A stretch of DNA of 63,349 bases, filler included, from Reclinomonas americana ATCC 50394 (taxonomy: Eukaryota): the NCBI GenBank assembly GCA_048213135.1. It is 18 parts of 18 records of this genome, joined end to end, with 100 filler letters (N's around TTAATTAATTAA, not from the genome) between each part and the next. Parts side by side here need not be neighbours in the genome. Positions count along the whole stretch, not along the records: positions 62,218 to 63,349 come from AFZH01023221.1; 17 more parts are not named here. One strand, written 5' to 3'. The notes under the pieces were generated by a model. That model saw nothing but the letters and a program-made list of their open reading frames with translations. It was not told where the DNA came from and did not search any database. The translations under genes were made by a program, and so were the position numbers. Shown one piece after another: positions 62,645-63,349 of the stretch. How positions within the stretch are numbered: position 1 is the stretch's first letter; every line of letters starts with the position of its first letter.

Positions 62645-63163
62645 TCAGCCCGCCGCCGCATGTTTCAGCCGGGCCGAACGGCGCCGGTCGAGGATGTTGC
62701 CGCTGTCGCCATAGCCGCGCTGATAGCCATGGCTGATCTGGCCGAGCGCGCGGGTCCATTGCTCGACCGGCTGGCGCGCGGCGCTCACCTCCGGCAGCTC
62801 GACCTCGTCGAAACCGCAGGCAAGGGCATAGGCGAACTGGTCGACGATCAGCGGGCCGCTGGCGCGCAAGGTGCCGGTGAAGCCGTGATTGCGGATCAGG
62901 CGCGCCAGGCTGAAGCCGCGCCCATCGCCGAAGGAGGGGAAGCTGATCGCGATCAGGGAGAGCTGCCGCATCAGCAGCTTCAGCTCGGGAATGCGCACAG
63001 TGTTGGGGATGACGACGCCGATGCGCTGGTCGCGCGTCTTCTGCGCGAGCGCTTCCGGCAGTGCTGCCCACTCGACGAGCGCATGCGAGACAGTGCCGAT
63101 CGCAGCGCCTTCGCTGCGCGCCCAGATCTCGGCCTTGGCGCCGTGACGATCAAGCAACGGCAT
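62645..63163 (-). CDS. DUF934 family protein (sulfite reductase-associated)
   Basis: FPSFGDGRGFSLARL.R..GF.G.LRA.G....DQ......CGFD. Confidence 0.9.
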   Translation of the reverse strand: MPLLDRHGAKAEIWARSEGAAIGTVSHALVEWAALPEALAQKTRDQRIGVVIPNTVRIPELKLLMRQLSLIAISFPSFGDGRGFSLARLIRNHGFTGTLRASGPLIVDQFAYALACGFDEVELPEVSAARQPVEQWTRALGQISHGYQRGYGDSGNILDRRRSARLKHAAAG

Positions 63164-63349
63164 GGCTGACCTCCTGAAAGGCCGCCTTGAACGGCGCCAG
63201 GCCGATGCGGCGGACATTGTCGATGAAGCTCTCGCCGGCTTGGCGCTGGGGCGAGATAGACCGAAACGATGCGCTCGATCGCGTCCGGCACGTCCTCGGC
63301 GGCAAGGCCGGGGCCGAGGATCTCGCCGATCGCGGCGTTCTCGGTCGCG
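63150..63349 (-). CDS. cysI: Nitrite/sulfite reductase hemoprotein, 3' fragment
   Basis: AIGEILGPG...VPDAIERIV..YL..R..GESFID..RRIG..PFK; overlaps the DUF934 start; 1-bp homopolymer frameshift. Confidence 0.75.
   Translation of the reverse strand, partial: RPRTPRSARSSAPALPPRTCRTRSSASFRSISPQRQAGESFIDNVRRIGLAPFKAAFQEVSHAVA

Overview
The window is a pseudomolecule of 18 contigs joined by 100-bp spacers (N-run, TTAATTAATTAA, N-run), and it mixes two genomes. Positions 1-51295 are an intron-rich, microsatellite-rich unicellular eukaryote using the standard code; I cannot identify the taxon. By manual splicing I reconstructed: NOL9/Grc3 kinase, two secreted EGF-like proteins, a coiled-coil protein, a mitochondrial carrier, a small likely mitochondrial protein, tRNA-Met, a FAM135/DUF676 3' end, an ABCC/MRP transporter, ATP synthase epsilon and a DHTKD1-like 2-oxoacid dehydrogenase E1. 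Positions 51396-63349 are GC-rich, intronless alphaproteobacterial (Hyphomicrobiales-like) contigs, probably a co-cultured contaminant: recJ end, tRNA-Glu, DMT, aldolase, TRAP operon, DUF6282-like hydrolase, ALDH, CoA-transferase, cysI/DUF934/cysG. The most striking signal is in the eukaryote's splicing. A large class of 5' splice sites reads GTTGCG(T), a one-base-shifted version of the usual GTGCGT/GTGAGT, and never has G at -1 or +5. Many long introns also start with a purine/G-rich tract complementary to their 3' pyrimidine tract. All exon boundaries are manual inferences without transcript data.
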